A stretch of DNA of 64,000 nucleotides, taken from positions 1,550,001 to 1,614,000 of the forward strand of contig ML978126.1 of the NCBI GenBank assembly GCA_010015805.1, in the 5' to 3' direction. A model generated the notes under the pieces. That model was not told the origin of the DNA, did no database searches, and worked only from the letters and a program-made list of their open reading frames with translations. This stretch comes from Rhizodiscina lignyota. Lineage: Eukaryota. Positions 37,708 to 51,017 of the stretch are shown here, piece by piece (the stretch's first letter is position 1; each line of letters starts with the position of its first letter). A program made the translations under genes and the position numbers.

Positions 37708-38311
37708 CTACACACTGAACTCGAGCCGATTCCCAGCGAAATCCCTAGCAAAGAACCTCTTCGGATACTCAATGCCTTGTGCGCCTGTGCGACTCATTAG
37801 ATGAATTCGCAACTCATTTCGATGTACAATGCGAAGGCTCGAGCGCAATTCGAAATGACGATATTCAATCACATACCTGAGCTCTGCTCGCCAGGCTTGT
37901 CAGCCATCTTCGGCGCTCCCGCGTCTCCACGCTCAAAATGCTCATACACCCTCTGCTGGCACTCCAAGAGCGCCTGAGGCGATTCCAGCTTGAAGCATGG
38001 ATGCCTTGAGGCAGCCATATCATTTGGAGTATTTGAGAAGGCGATATGGATCTGCTGGCCCTTCGGCGTGATGTCGAACCTTTGCTCTGGGATCAGCATG
38101 CTCAGTTCCCATCGAAGGGCCCAATCCCGCGCCCTCGGCTCTATCTGGAAGCTCTGGCAAGAGGGAGGAAGACTAACCATGCGAGCGTATCTCTTTGCAG
38201 ATGAGGAACAGGCACACGATGGAATCCGAGCGTGTTCGCGTAGAACTCGTTCGCCTGATCGAGTGTCCCGGGTGGGACGGTGAGGTTGACGTGCGCGATG
38301 CCGGTGATCAT
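37708..38311 (-). CDS. Glyoxalase/bleomycin-resistance (VOC) family protein, 3 exons
   Basis: MITGIAHVNLTVP...FYANTLG...QIHIAF...RHPCF...RFFARDFAGNRLEFSV. Confidence 0.88.
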
Positions 38312-39800
38312 TTTGCAAAGGTTTGAATCTCAATTTGCAAACAAGTTGGAATCTTAAGATCGACACTGAGACTTCTTCAAGTTAACAGGATATAGAGCCA
38401 TCTCATGATAGCTCTTTTCCGAGTGAAGATTACCCCACCATCAGCTTTGCCTCATTAGCGGGACGTTTCCCGCCGACATTTTCCGCTTTGAAAAGACAAA
38501 GTGTGCGGATTATGGGATTATCTATTCATTGATTGGAAAGTAAAAGGCTAGTTATAGTGCAGAGGCTTCCAAAGTCCAATATTTACGTGAAATGTCCTCG
38601 TCAAAAGTCTCCGCCTTCTTCTTCTCATATCCGAATCCTTTAGCGAAAGTGCCAGCCGTGCTAATTTTGGAACAGACTTATATACTTCTCCTAGTATCTT
38701 CGTGGAGAGTCGGAATCCATTCTCACGTGGATGTTTCTATACTCAGGGTGTATGTATCGAACTACCGGCCCATTTCTGTCGATGACAGGACTCGCACCTT
38801 TCTCTTCGACCGTGTCCAGCTCACCCATCACAGCTCCACTGTTCACAATTTCACCTGAGGCACAGCAGACAGCCTGTCGCCATTTTCCTGCAGTTTGATC
38901 CGCGGCGAATGACGGGGGGTGGCTGATTTGCTTCTGGCTCAACCTGTTCTGAACCCTTTCCGAATCAGCGTCTTCTTACATTCGAGCACCTCGACCTTGC
39001 ACTGGCACAGGTTTGTCTCCTGAATCTTGTTCGAGTGCACCGAGATTCACAGGCCGTTGGCTGAGAGGCGCGGAAGGTTATGGAGCATCTAAGGATCTTG
39101 CGCGACTTCGAGGCATGTGGCTATCTGAGCATTCGGTCAAGACTCTAACGCGAGTGGAGACAACGCCTGCTTAATTTCTTCACAACGAAGGCCGTATCTG
39201 CGGGTGTGAGGATAGCGCCGAGATGTCGTGTCTTCGACAATACCTTGCCCTGACCAGATTAACTGTCTCTCCATAAGCTTGGTCAGTTAAATGTACCTTG
39301 CGCCGAGGCATTTAGCCACTAAAAATTGTCGAAGTATGAGTTTCCAAGTTCTTCTTATGCCGCGTCATGTTGAGGAACGCTCTGTAGAGGAGTAAGATGC
39401 GGGCTAGCGAGGTTGTTGATATATGTGGTGCGGATGTGTGTTCCGAATTGAAAATGGTGAACATACTATTATATGTCAGTTGAATATTAATAAACTTAAG
39501 ACATTTTTTGGACATTCTTACATAGCGCAAATCTGCTTTCTGAGATATTTCAGATCTCTCTCCAGCGACTCTTACTGTATTACAGTGCAAGACACATGTT
39601 TCGCACTGCGCGGATCGACATATTGAACAAAATCAACAAATAGTGGGCCAATGAACGCTTCTTAGCTTCTCACAAGTTGTAAACCTCTGAGAATCGATGG
39701 TCCTGGTGGTGTCGCCATAGTGTTCTTGTTAAGGTGAAATTTTATGTGAAGTATCACTGCGTAAAGGTCCCTTCAGGTCTGAATTAGGTCAATTTCTTCC

Positions 39801-41819
39801 TCAAATCTGATTCACGATCCAAATCATCGCACTAGTCAGCCCGCTCAAAATATAGCAAAATAGACTCAGTGTTCCAAAGACCAGCATCGGAATGCCAGAG
39901 AGTGTGATATGTCCTTCACACTGCGTCAGCATGCACATCTAAATCATCCACATAGACAGCAAACATACCGAAAAATCCTCCACGCCTTGTTATCGTTTCC
40001 CACAGTTCCGTCTTCATAATATCCGGCGCCGTATCATCTTTCCATGGCCCTACGAGTCGAAACTTTGTATTGAAGTTGACGCCCAGCGCCCACACTAGCA
40101 AAACCTTCCAACCATGCTGCGCGACTTCCCAGATGGACGGTGCCGACCCCACATCCAGTGCAAGTTGGTATGCGTACGACTCGTGGTCGACTCCATAATG
40201 TATTCGGGCAGTCGGTGGGGTGTGGAGGCAGTAGTTGTCTTCCGGCTTGAGAGCGTTCGGGAGACGGTGTAGGATAGCGAGCGTCCAGAGTTGGGCCTGG
40301 AATTCGGCGAGGGGTGGGATAGCACCTTTTCTACTATCAGTGACCATGACTAAATCTGAGCTTGTAGACTATGACTTTACCAAAGCTTGGTCTGACGAAG
40401 CCGATGAATCCAACACTGGGGTCATCATCTTTCCACACGGAGCGAATATTCGCCTGTGCTGAAGTAGGGTACGTTTCGTCGAGGAAGGGGAAACGCTGGA
40501 TATAGCCGGTCGCGAAAATTAATACGTCTGGCTTGCACTTGATGTCCCTCATTCTCTGGTACTCTGGCCTTCCGTTATCTTTGAAATGGACAACGCCTTC
40601 TTCATCGATGTACTTGGGCCAAGGAGCGAGGTCAATCTTTCGGTCTCTGGTGTCCGGAAGAGGCACTTGTATGATTCTCGATCGTATTCTTTGAAGCCAG
40701 GTGTAGTTGCGATAAGGGGCGCTGATGTATGGAATTGCCTTGTTTGACTTGTTGAACAAGACTCCAAAACGATTAGTAGAGAGCTTATGACGGACCATTC
40801 GTCACATTTTGAGAACACTCACTCTTTGAAGCATGGTACCGCTCTTTTGGAATTGTTCCAACCCATTGGTCCAGGCCGCCGCTTGTGCCTGACACTAGCC
40901 ACAGAGTGTATTTGATGAAGCGGTCGTAGTATATCCAGAGCAGCGGAGAGTCTCTTAGCCAGCGATGAACGTATGCCGTGTCGAATAAACTAGCTTGAGA
41001 TACATCGACTGGAACATTTAGAGGTTTGTTCGGATCTTCCATTCCGAATATCACCGGGTCTGGGACGCGCTGCATTTCAGTTAGTTCGTTCGAAGCAACA
41101 ATACATGGGGATACTACCTTTGGCGCGCAGAAAAAACCATCGCGATGGCACATCGTAACTGATTTTGTTTGGGATGTGACCGCCATGTAGCTTATGTCCA
41201 TCGCTGTTTCTCCGCTTCCCAGCACCATGATGCATTTGTCAGTTCCAAACTGCGTTTTTGATTTGAACTCAGAAGAATGCATGACGATAGGGACATTTGA
41301 GCTGCCCTCAATGTTCGGTATGTTTGGATCCACGTGGAGGCCTGAGCAGATTGCCACCGCGTCGCATTCGAAGTCGTCACTGGAACCGTCTTTTGAACAA
41401 AATGTGACAATATGACCGCCATTCTGTTTACGCCGGATTGATGTGACTTTTGTGGATAGGCGAATGTGAGGCCAGAGATTGAAGCGCGTGCAGTAGTTCT
41501 CGAGATATTTGCAATACCGCTCTGCTTGAAGAAAATCTGGCTCACCCACATCGCAGCGGAAGTCAGAGAACGTTGTCAATTGCTTTGACGATACAAGCTA
41601 CGCGCGATTAGCTTGCTATTTTGGTTTTGACAGAGCCATGTTGAAGAAATATACCTCAGCGTCTTCATATGTGCGATAACGGAACGTCCCACCGATCAAG
41701 TCTTCCGCTTCAAAAACATGCACTTCAATTGGTTTGATTTGAAATGCCTTCTCAGCAGCAAGTAGGTATTTTAGAGTAGCCAACCCAGAAGGGCCAGCGC
41801 CGAGGATGGCGACTTTCAT
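39801..41819 (-). CDS. Flavin-containing monooxygenase (FMO-like), multi-exon
   Basis: FAD motif GAGPSG, FMO motif MHSSEFK, NADPH motif GSGETA, FATGY, and a hydrophobic C-terminus. Confidence 0.9.
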
Positions 41820-43415
41820 CGTTAAAGCACCCAGTCGTTTAAGGATTCCTTGCTTCAGTCTTCGATCAACAGTTCCAAATCATCTCTCGAATCTGGAATC
41901 TGAGGGCATCCCACTCGAGCGCAGCACGCTGTAGATATTTTAAAGACATTCTACGGATTCTACAAACCCATGGATGGGTCCCTGATAGCTGGCATCAGCC
42001 ACACACAAGCTAATACTGCAGTCTTCCAATGCATTTGCTATCTCCGGCCCACAAACCGAGCTTCGATCATACTATTGACGCCCTAGCGAGAACAGCTACT
42101 TCTGAAATGGACTTGAGGTTCCAGGAAAAGGGTTGTGAGACGGTGTGTAATATGGATTCAGTTTAGTGGCGGCTATGCATAGCAGTCGGCAGTCCGCTAT
42201 GCTGGACTCGTCCGTAGCGGTAATACGGCAACCGCCTTTCCCCGTTCGGCGATAATAAGAGTAATGAGTACATTAGATCCTCAGTTTAGTGATAGGGCTG
42301 GGTCTAGAAGCTACAGTTCTCCGTGTAAGGTTCATTACATGGATACCAGTGCTGAGCGCGGTGGCTGAGAGAGTTTCAAAGATCAACAGAAGGGTATGAA
42401 CAGAGCTGAATATAGCTTGGAGAACGAGTTCCCAAAAACATGCTGATGAATACAAAATTAGAGGTTCCAAATCTCAAGAGTTGATGGGCTGTTAGCAAAT
42501 TTCACAAAGCACCGGAAGGATGGCACGGTTCCAGCCTGCAAATTCTCCTGGATATTGAGGCAGGCAATGGCAAGGCACTATCTCCGATGGCTCTTCGCAC
42601 GCGTTCGGGTTGCGGAAATGCAACGGCCGAATTGCTGAACTAGAATGCTGGTGCTTCGAAACACCATACGATCAAATGGGGGGATGGTAGATGGGTTCTG
42701 GGCCTTGCTCTTTCATTAACAATCATCGGAAGCCGAGCGTGATAGATATCTAATTTCAGTGCAAGACACAGTAGTGCTCGAGCATCGAACTTACGTGAGG
42801 TAAAGAAGCGTGGAGTCCATTCAGTACTGCTATCTCCTGAGCTTCGGATAGAGATCTTACAGCACGATTGGGATTGTCTGTGCATCACATCCTACAACCC
42901 CGGACTCCCGGAGCCCCGCAATGTCACGATTCATGGTGTTTTCCCGACGTGAGAAGGCCATAAGATTCGATCGAGAGAACAAAGACGGCTGATATGGTGC
43001 TGACGATCCACATTATTAGAACTAGAATGTCCCCAGTGTGGAAAAAGCTGCTGACTCAGATGCTTGCGCGTATTGGCAGCCGGTAGTTGGGCAAGTGAAC
43101 GTGTCTCACATATTGCATATATGACTAGTAGTATCGGGAAAGTAACTGAAGATGTTGAGTAACTGAAGACGTTGAGTAGTAAATACATGCATCTCAAATG
43201 ACAAAGGACCGAGCGCACACGGACGGTGATGTTCCGTTTAGGGCCCGCCGCTGATGGGCGCTTCATTCTCCTCACGTGACTTCTTGGCGTTAGTCGCAGT
43301 ACTTTTCTCGTGCGGAGATTCCGGACATCCGTTCAAACCACTTTTGCCTCAGCGACAAAGGATTCTGATCCTTCGCAAGCAAGATGACGCTTGCCTATCT
43401 ATCCTTTTGTAAAGC

Positions 43416-44876
43416 CTAGTCTTCCTCGATAAGACTGACTGCGCGTCGGCCCCTCGGCTTAAATGCAACTGAGAAAGGCTTCGGCTTGCTTGTCAATTCA
43501 GATGTCATCTCCATGTCGTCCACCTCTTGTCTCACGCCATCCACGTAGGCAGGCTCGATGTCGAAGGCCCACAGCATGCGGGCGATGGCGATGAACAACG
43601 AGTTGACTGCGATGTGCCGACCAGGACATATGCGCCGACCAAATCCCCATGGATGTTGAGGTAATTTTGGATTCTCAAGCCACCGCTCCGGCCTGAAATT
43701 CTGCGGGTCTCCGTAGATCGACACGTCCATGTTTATGGACCAGAGATTTCCGATGACGATTGCTCCCTTGGGAATTCTGTAACCCAGATACTCATCATCC
43801 TCGGCTGCCGCATGTGGCACGCCTGCGGGAGTGATGTGCCGCCAACGCATTATTTCCATGATGAAGGCGTTGACATAGGGCAAGCGCTCCCTGTCTTCGA
43901 AGCCTGGTAGCCTTTGGACCCCAACGACACTATCCAATTCTGCTTGGGCGGCCCTTGTCTTCTCTGGGTGGTTCAGGGCTGCGAGGACGGCCCAATTCAG
44001 TTGTCCCGCGGTTGTCTCGAGCGCGGCGCTTGCGAGGATTCCTAATGAGTATGATAATTCGATTGTGGATAGGTCTTGGGCTTACTTGGATGTTGAAAGC
44101 TTTTGGGCTATGTTTTCCTCTCTGGCCTGAAGACCGTGATCTAGATCTTTCGCGTACAATCTTGACTCCATTTCGTAATATCTCTCCGCTGTTCGCTTCC
44201 ACGGTGCTAGAAATGGTGGAAGATAGTTCAAGATTGGAATGGCATCCACGATCCAATGGCCAACGCGGAGCGCCTTTACCTGGTTGCCAAGGACTTCATA
44301 GTTCTCTACGAAGGACTTGTCGTGGGGGCTTGTCACACGGAATCCATACATAACGGAGTATATCGCACTCGCCGCATACCGCTTGAAAGAAGTATCGAAA
44401 TCACCCGTCAATAGCAGCTCCTTCATAAGCTGCTTGCTCTCGAGATCCTGTTGTGGCCGATATTCCTGCGAAGCGGACTCATTCACCGCGCGGCCGACCA
44501 TCCGTTGGATCAGTCGCAGTTTCGGATCGTACTGGCGGAGTAGTGTATGCATTCCTTTCGTCAAACATTCGCCGGCCATTACAAGGCGTGGCCTGTTGCT
44601 GTAAATGGTACTGCGCTTGTTCAGTACGCCCTCGGCGGCGTCGGGCGTTCCAAGCACGACTATCGTATCCTTTCCAAACTGAACACTGTATATCGGACCA
44701 TACTGTTGAGTCCATCTCGCATACGTGAGGAACGGAAAGTCGATGGGCGCTTGGTGGAGGTTTCCGATAAGTGGAAGCCGGCGAGGCCCAGGAGGGAGTC
44801 GATGATCTCGTCGGCGCTCGTGAAGCCGAACTGCTATTAAGACAATAAGACTGAGCAAGAGGCCAATGGCCAACAT
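43416..44876 (-). pseudogene. Cytochrome P450, intronless, with one in-frame TAA at 44082-44084
   Basis: N-terminal anchor, PPGP, I-helix AALETT, EIMR, PERW and FGRRICPG all lie in one frame across the stop. Confidence 0.85.
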
Positions 44877-46452
44877 CTCTTTCTTCCTCCGTTCCAATCA
44901 GTCAACAATGAAGCCGCCTTGTTTAAAGCGCCTTCTAAAATTGACAGTCTGTCGGTTGTGAGTAAGCGAAGGCTTAACTATCTCTTCAGAAAGGCCGTTG
45001 CGGTCTAATTGGCGTGATCATCGGTTCTACTGTGCTCCTTCTCAGCCACAGAGACATGGATACCATGATGGGTCTACGTCTGCGATATTGCTTGACCTGT
45101 ACTCCATCATGATATAACCCTATCGGTGGGGTCTCGCAGAATATGAGACACTGGCGTCCTACGATCAGCTCAATAACCTATGTCTGGATATACCCGAATC
45201 CTAGCGGCAGATTTCTTATTGGAGGTTAGGAATAAGTAATGGGGCCTAAGTCTGATCGCATTTGGCACGGCTATCGGCAATTTCAAAGAGGGAAATGCAA
45301 CTTGCGTCGACAACATCCTGAACTGTCGCTGCTATGTTGACAATTAGATCTTCGGTAAGGTGTATACACCAGTTGTTGCCTTTCAGTTCTGACTGCCACA
45401 GCTCCAGGTATGACAATATCGATGCTCCCTTGCTATATCACGTCAGCCTGCGCCACCGACTCGTCCGTTAGTCACGAGCTTGTCTTTCATCGTGCAGAGC
45501 TTACTACCGTACATCCACTTAGCACTCACCTGTATCATTGTTCAGTGTCCCGGTCCCGGACCTCTGCTCTTCCTTATGACCATCGCGTCGACGCCATGCT
45601 TAAGCCCATTGTATCGATGTTACAGAGGGTTGGCAACCTTGTCTTTGTTGGTGGCCTCCTTCGCCATCTTGCTGCGCTTTGTTTCGAATTATATCGTCTT
45701 CGGCTAGATTGTCATGATGAGCTTCTTGAGTACAGCTGGTGCTTCGTCCTTGTGTAATAGCTTGTCATATCAAGTCAGTCTGACAACGATGTCGTCTTAA
45801 CCATGCTGTCGATTAGAGCTTCAATGCCATTGTTTACATCTTTCTTAAACTCGTTGTATTTCCAAAAACGCCGACTCTCTTTCTTCTCGACTCCCTTGGT
45901 CTGCTCTCGCTCGAAGGATTGGTTCGTACTGATGGTTCATGATATGGTGCTGTTCGCGGAAGCAAGAATATCTTTTGTGGATACACGATCGTGTTGCTGT
46001 TTTGTGTCCATCACGACCAGCAACAGTTGATGTTTTTACAACCATTGGTTCGAACCCAATTGAAGGGAGTGTGAGATGCTTTGGGAGAGGCAGAGCCTTG
46101 CAGGAGGCCTTGTTGAAAACATGGACGCAGGATATCTAAACGGTAGAGTCAGTCGGGGCCTTGCAGAAATGTAAACAAGTCACGGAAGATGGTCAAGTAG
46201 TCCAAGGCTCAAGGCTAACAACAGATAGTGACAGCTGTTCCGCATTCTAGACTATGATGGTGATCCAGCTGTGGTAGCACTAGGGCGCATCTCAGAGTGT
46301 GGCTATTCAGTTCTTGATTCGTCAACGATCAGCTGAGCGCGCCGTGGTCACCCGTGGTGCTGTCCTTACCACTGGGAATTTGAGGTTAATCGCCATCCAG
46401 CGGCCCGCGAAAGAACTAAGGACCACGAAGGTGCTAGATACCTTTCTCAGGA

Positions 46453-46460
46453 TATATAAG
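46453..46460 (+). promoter_or_regulatory. TATA box of U2-like gene A
   Basis: TATATAAG about 44 nt upstream of the U2-like 5' end, followed by a CT-rich tract. Confidence 0.6.
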
Positions 46461-46496
46461 CTCGCGGTTCTTCGCCCTTCCTCCTCTTTTCTTCTT

Positions 46497-46684
46497 CAGT
46501 TCTCTTTGCCTTCTGGCTTAGATCAAACGAAGATTTTGTTCTTCACAGTTTAATCTCTGTGACAAGACTACGGTCTTTTCCTTGATTATTCAAATATTTG
46601 GAACCAGGTCGGATTCCTCTGTGCTTGCGCACGTTTCCTGCCACAGTGTCGCCGGTATTGTACTACCTCCGGCTGACGCGAACA
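46497..46684 (+). ncRNA. U2: U2 snRNA-like gene, variant A (branch-recognition sequence GAAGAU)
   Basis: Stem I TCTCTTTGCCTTCTGGCTTAGATCAA; stem IIa TCACAG-TTTAATCT-CTGTGA; stem IIb AAGAC-TACG-GTCTT; IIc complement GATTA; Sm-like AATATTTG; GCTTGC at loop III; stem-loop IV with ATTGTACTACC; about 188 nt. Confidence 0.85.
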
Positions 46685-49600
46685 TTCTTTTCTCATTGCT
46701 GCTTCCGCCTTGTGCGGGGGCCTGACGAAGAAAGATCTATTCCTGCCTTGTCTTTTTGTTGTCCTTGTTGTAGTTATTATGACTAGGTGGTTTGGCCTTC
46801 ATGACGCGCGTACCATTGTGAGAGGGTTGAACATTTATGAAGGATCTAGTACATATGCACCTCGTAAGAAGGAGGGCAGCCTGCTTTGCAAGAGTGATAA
46901 AGGCCTCGGAGTAATTTAGACAGTAGATGCTTTATGGAAGAGAGCATTGATAATACTAAGAACGCTTTGATGTTAATTACCTTTTCCAAACAAAGAATTC
47001 AGTGGGAACAAAGCAGTAAGGTTGACTAGAACCATTGCCACTGCCCATTCAAAATAGAGTCGCATTATGATAGTGATCCTATGATTTTCTAAGAGCTATT
47101 GGTGTTCAGTTGGCAAACCGCGACGGAGCGAGAACTGGCTTGGGCTACAGCATTCCGTCTGCGGAAATTTGTGCCAGCTGTAAGCCATTCCACATTCAAA
47201 GCAATAGAAGCAAGCTCTATTGCCTCATAAGGTATTTTAAACCGGTTCCCACCCGGATTTCGACCTTTATCGGTAGTGTAACGTCGCCCAGAGCTACAGG
47301 AGACGGCGTTGAAAAGCGGCCCCTTCACCAAAACAACATTACCAATTCTGTTCAGAGCTCAAACGACAAGTACGTGCCCTATCAATACTGCAAGCACGTG
47401 AATAGACATCAACCAAGACTGAAAAGAACCGTTCTTCAGCTTTCTCTGGAGTTTGTGGCAAACCTTTGCTTATCTCGGACTCGGAGAGAAGGAGATTCAC
47501 GAGTTTGTCCAGCTGCGCGCGCAAATTGAGCGGCTATTGACCCAAACAAATCCAAACTCACACAATAGAAGACCAATATCTAACCAACCGAATTAAAGTC
47601 AGAGGAGTAACCGTCTGTGGTTACTGCTGTAGTTACCCTCAACAAGTCGATTCCCCGACCTCTCTACCGTCCCCACCCTCCGCGCCTTAAAGGCTAGCTC
47701 ATACCGTACACATATTTATGGATATCGAAGGCATGTATATATCTGGGATACGCTGAACTCATCGTCAGAAGGAGAATGGAATCTGTGTGCATGGCTGGCA
47801 TCCAGGTGGTTTTACAATATTGGAATCGCCTGCAAAGAGAGACCATATTCAGAAGATCTGAACAGCGAATGCAAGGCGATCAAGCGCTGTTAAGCATGAA
47901 GTTCTGGCTCTTAAAGGTCTATTCTAACGCTGGTGGACTTGGTCTTTGGAGACTCGATCGTGAATTGTTTGTATTCGGCACACTTGGTGAGTTTCTTCGC
48001 TAGCGCATCGAACACTGCTTTCCAGAAGAAAGACTTGATCCTTTGCGTTGATGTTTCCGATATTACGCAATACAAGAAATCATAAAAAGGACGTAGAACC
48101 ACCTTGCCACCTCTTACTACTCAAGTCGTATATTAAGAGCAATATTAACTTGTCTTCTTAGGTTTAGAGAACTGAGTACAGTCTACCTTCGCAGAATCTA
48201 TCTCTGCTATAGTCGTCAGACGTCCTTTCTCAAGACTAACCGACCAATTCTAGTACATAAAGACCCTTATCCTTATCTCTCCCCAGAGTCAAACAATGTC
48301 ACAAAATCCCGATGCAGGATTTATGAACAGTCCCAACTCCGCGCCTTTCTCACCGAACCCTATTTCCGAACGGCGCTTTATCGAGAATCTGTGCTGTCAA
48401 CTACAAAGTTCGACAAACTTGGCTAGAGCAACTCAAGTCATATGGAAAGGGCGGAGGTGGAAAGGATCTTTGCAACTCATGACGATTACGGATGCCTAGT
48501 GAGGAAGATACTCTGAGACAAGAATTGGCGAGGACTTTGCAAAAGATCCATCTTGCTCAAACTACTCTTGTGGAGTGATACTAAGAAGAGGACAGAGGTT
48601 CTGCTTTGGGAGTCGGATACAGTGCATGGAAAGTGGAAGCTCAAATAATCAATTTTAGATTGCCACTACTAGCAAGGCGTGTATCTAGATCAAGTTTAAC
48701 TCTCTAATAGTCCTAAATCTGAAATATGTACTGAATCACAAGCGGATGGAAAAGAATCCTTTTCGACTACTCTTTAGCTCAAATCTATCCTACGCCGCTA
48801 AACGGCGACTTTTGCTTTTGTATGGCTGCCCATCCTTATACATTCCGTCCAGATCAGCGTCCGCCCGTTTATTGACCTGTTTGAAGAAATGTAAGGCTCG
48901 ATAAATGTCTCGTCTTTCGTCGACATGCGTAGGTAGGTGAGAAGGAAGTGTGATCGTCTTGGTGGAGCAATTTGAACTGCAAAAGAATCAGGCAAGCTTC
49001 TCGGCCTGAAAACTGGAAGCCTGCACTATCTGCGGCGTACATGGCTCTGTTAAGTATAATCTAGTCAATTATGCCTTTTCGGAATGACTATAATGCTTAG
49101 GGAATGTCAGCACGTTCTCTGTATCTTTGCATTTGTGCTGAATCGAAAGGCTGTAGCAGCGTCTTGTTATAGTCAGAGAAGAACGCGCTTCTGGGACAAA
49201 GTCCGCCTTCTGATATTGAAGAATATGATACTTGTCATATCTGACAGAGTCGAACTGACTCGAAAGAGCTGGCGAAATGCTTAGGGTGGCCAACACAAGC
49301 ATTCTGCCCTCCTTTTCAATTGGCTAGACTCCCGGCGACGAACTCAATTAGAAGCTCTATAACCGCTATCAATGCCAATTTCCGACCAAAGGTATGTATT
49401 GGGGGGAGGAAGATCCGTTTGCGATCGAGAGAGGAGTAGGCGGCTGGTTGAGTCGTTTAAACTGGGTGGCTGTGGCGCGCGACACAGTTATTGAGTTGAA
49501 GTGTGCGGAAAGTGTAATGTACGTCAAACCTAACAACCGCAGCTTAGGGAAAGAACTAAGCACTGTGATGTATCGAGAAATTTCGTTACTAACCGCCGGA

Positions 49601-51017
49601 TAGTAGCGGCCGATTGACTGACTGAGACTGCTGGTCACTTCGCTCTGATTGGTTGAAATGCTTTCCCGTTTCGCTATGGTCCTTGCTACGACTGTAGCAT
49701 CGGAGAGGGTTTCAAATCAATTCGAGAAGCTTCACGGAGAACTTAATGTTTTGGAATCTTCAAGGCTTGTAAGGAATCAAATGTCGTTTACGGGGTTGAT
49801 GTCTGTAACTGGTGATTGTTCAAGCCTCTGGAAAGCCTCACTACCAAGCGAAGCGGCGTGTAATTGTAGCTAAGTAGCAGAGACGCTGAATTCTCTTACA
49901 ATGTTCTACTCTTTATAAGCCTTTTCGGCGTCTCCATTGTTGATATGGGTCCACTTTCGCTGAACGCCCATTCATCAGCACTGGAAAATAGTCTACAACG
50001 GGCCTCAAACTGAGACCCTTGATGGATCAACACTTGGAAGATTTCGTATGACTCGAACCTAGCGAAGAGTACGTTAATACCGAGCAAAGCCGATATCGAG
50101 TAAGCCTCTCTTATGAGACTGGTGAACTGTTTGCATTGACGTCGCATCTCCGCAGAGGGAGTCAAGGCGCTTAAGTGTACAGGTAGTTGTCGATGGTAAT
50201 GATTGGCATTAAATTGATGACCTCCGGATATGGGAACACCATGTCATTCTTGGTTTTGTTACTATCTCATTCATGCTGAAGATTACGGAATAAGACTTCG
50301 TGGCGAAGGACTGTATTGGAGGGAATGTCAAGATAAATTGTCGTCGACTGGTCCACCGTCGCAAAACAAGAACGCCTGCTATCGAATCTCGATTGGACAA
50401 GGCGAAAAGAGAGAGCGAAAGGATATCGAACAAAGCTGTAGATCAAAGGATTATTGTAAAGGATGTACAACTCGAGAGTAGGCAACCGATATCACGGCCC
50501 TTAGGTTTACATTCACGGCGCCCATATCCGCAAGGAAAGTGCATTAATCTATCGTTTAAAGACATTAACTACAAGCATTGGACTGTATAAGAGTCCTGAG
50601 ATATAATTATTTAATTCCGATAGGTCTAGCAATGCAAATATCATGACCAGTCCGTGAGCCTTTTCCTCGCCAGCATTACCAGGAGTCAGAGACTCCACAG
50701 GCTACATTTTCAGGGTTACATAAATAACATCCAGTCCTAATTGGTTGTGATCATTGTAGAAAAAGTTTTTCGTATAGTAGAACTATAGAAGGCTTCTTAT
50801 ACACACAAGAGTAAATATGCAAACGGAGAGCAAAGCTTCTAGGTCAATACCGTTACGCACACAAATCACCAAACACTAAGAAGCCTATGTAAATATAACC
50901 ATATCATAAACCCAAGAGAAAGAGATCACTATGTATCTCCAAGAGTAAACAAGATTCCAAATCCATTTTCTTCCTCATGCGCCTGTTCGGGACAGACAAA
51001 ATGATGAAGAAAAAAGT

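Noticed and set aside
31751..44084. A-to-I editing rescue of premature stops (31751, 32198, 44082)
   Set aside because: Editing could only yield Trp and typically acts on UAG. These are TAA/TGA at positions where Trp is not expected, so nonsense mutation is simpler.
44042..44085. Possible intron (GTAAGC...TTAG) removing the P450 stop
   Set aside because: The 44-nt excision shifts the frame and would delete residues that look like conserved P450 sequence.
45039..45054. TTCTCAGC plus ACAGAGA as a possible compensatory U6 variant for U2-B
   Set aside because: The elements are in the reverse order compared with U6, and no other U6 features are visible.
45410..46045. Coding-like minus-strand fragments (KYNEFKKDVNNGIEAL; RYNGLKHGVDAM)
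   Set aside because: Interrupted by stops and no recognisable family; cannot support a call.
46042..46068. tRNA T-arm/B-box-like hairpin ATTGG-TTCGAAC-CCAAT
   Set aside because: No D-arm, anticodon arm or properly spaced acceptor stem upstream.
47089..50590. Short ORFs between the two U2-like genes
   Set aside because: Fragmentary and motif-free; perhaps a decayed gene or element, but no transposase, LTR or TIR is recognisable.
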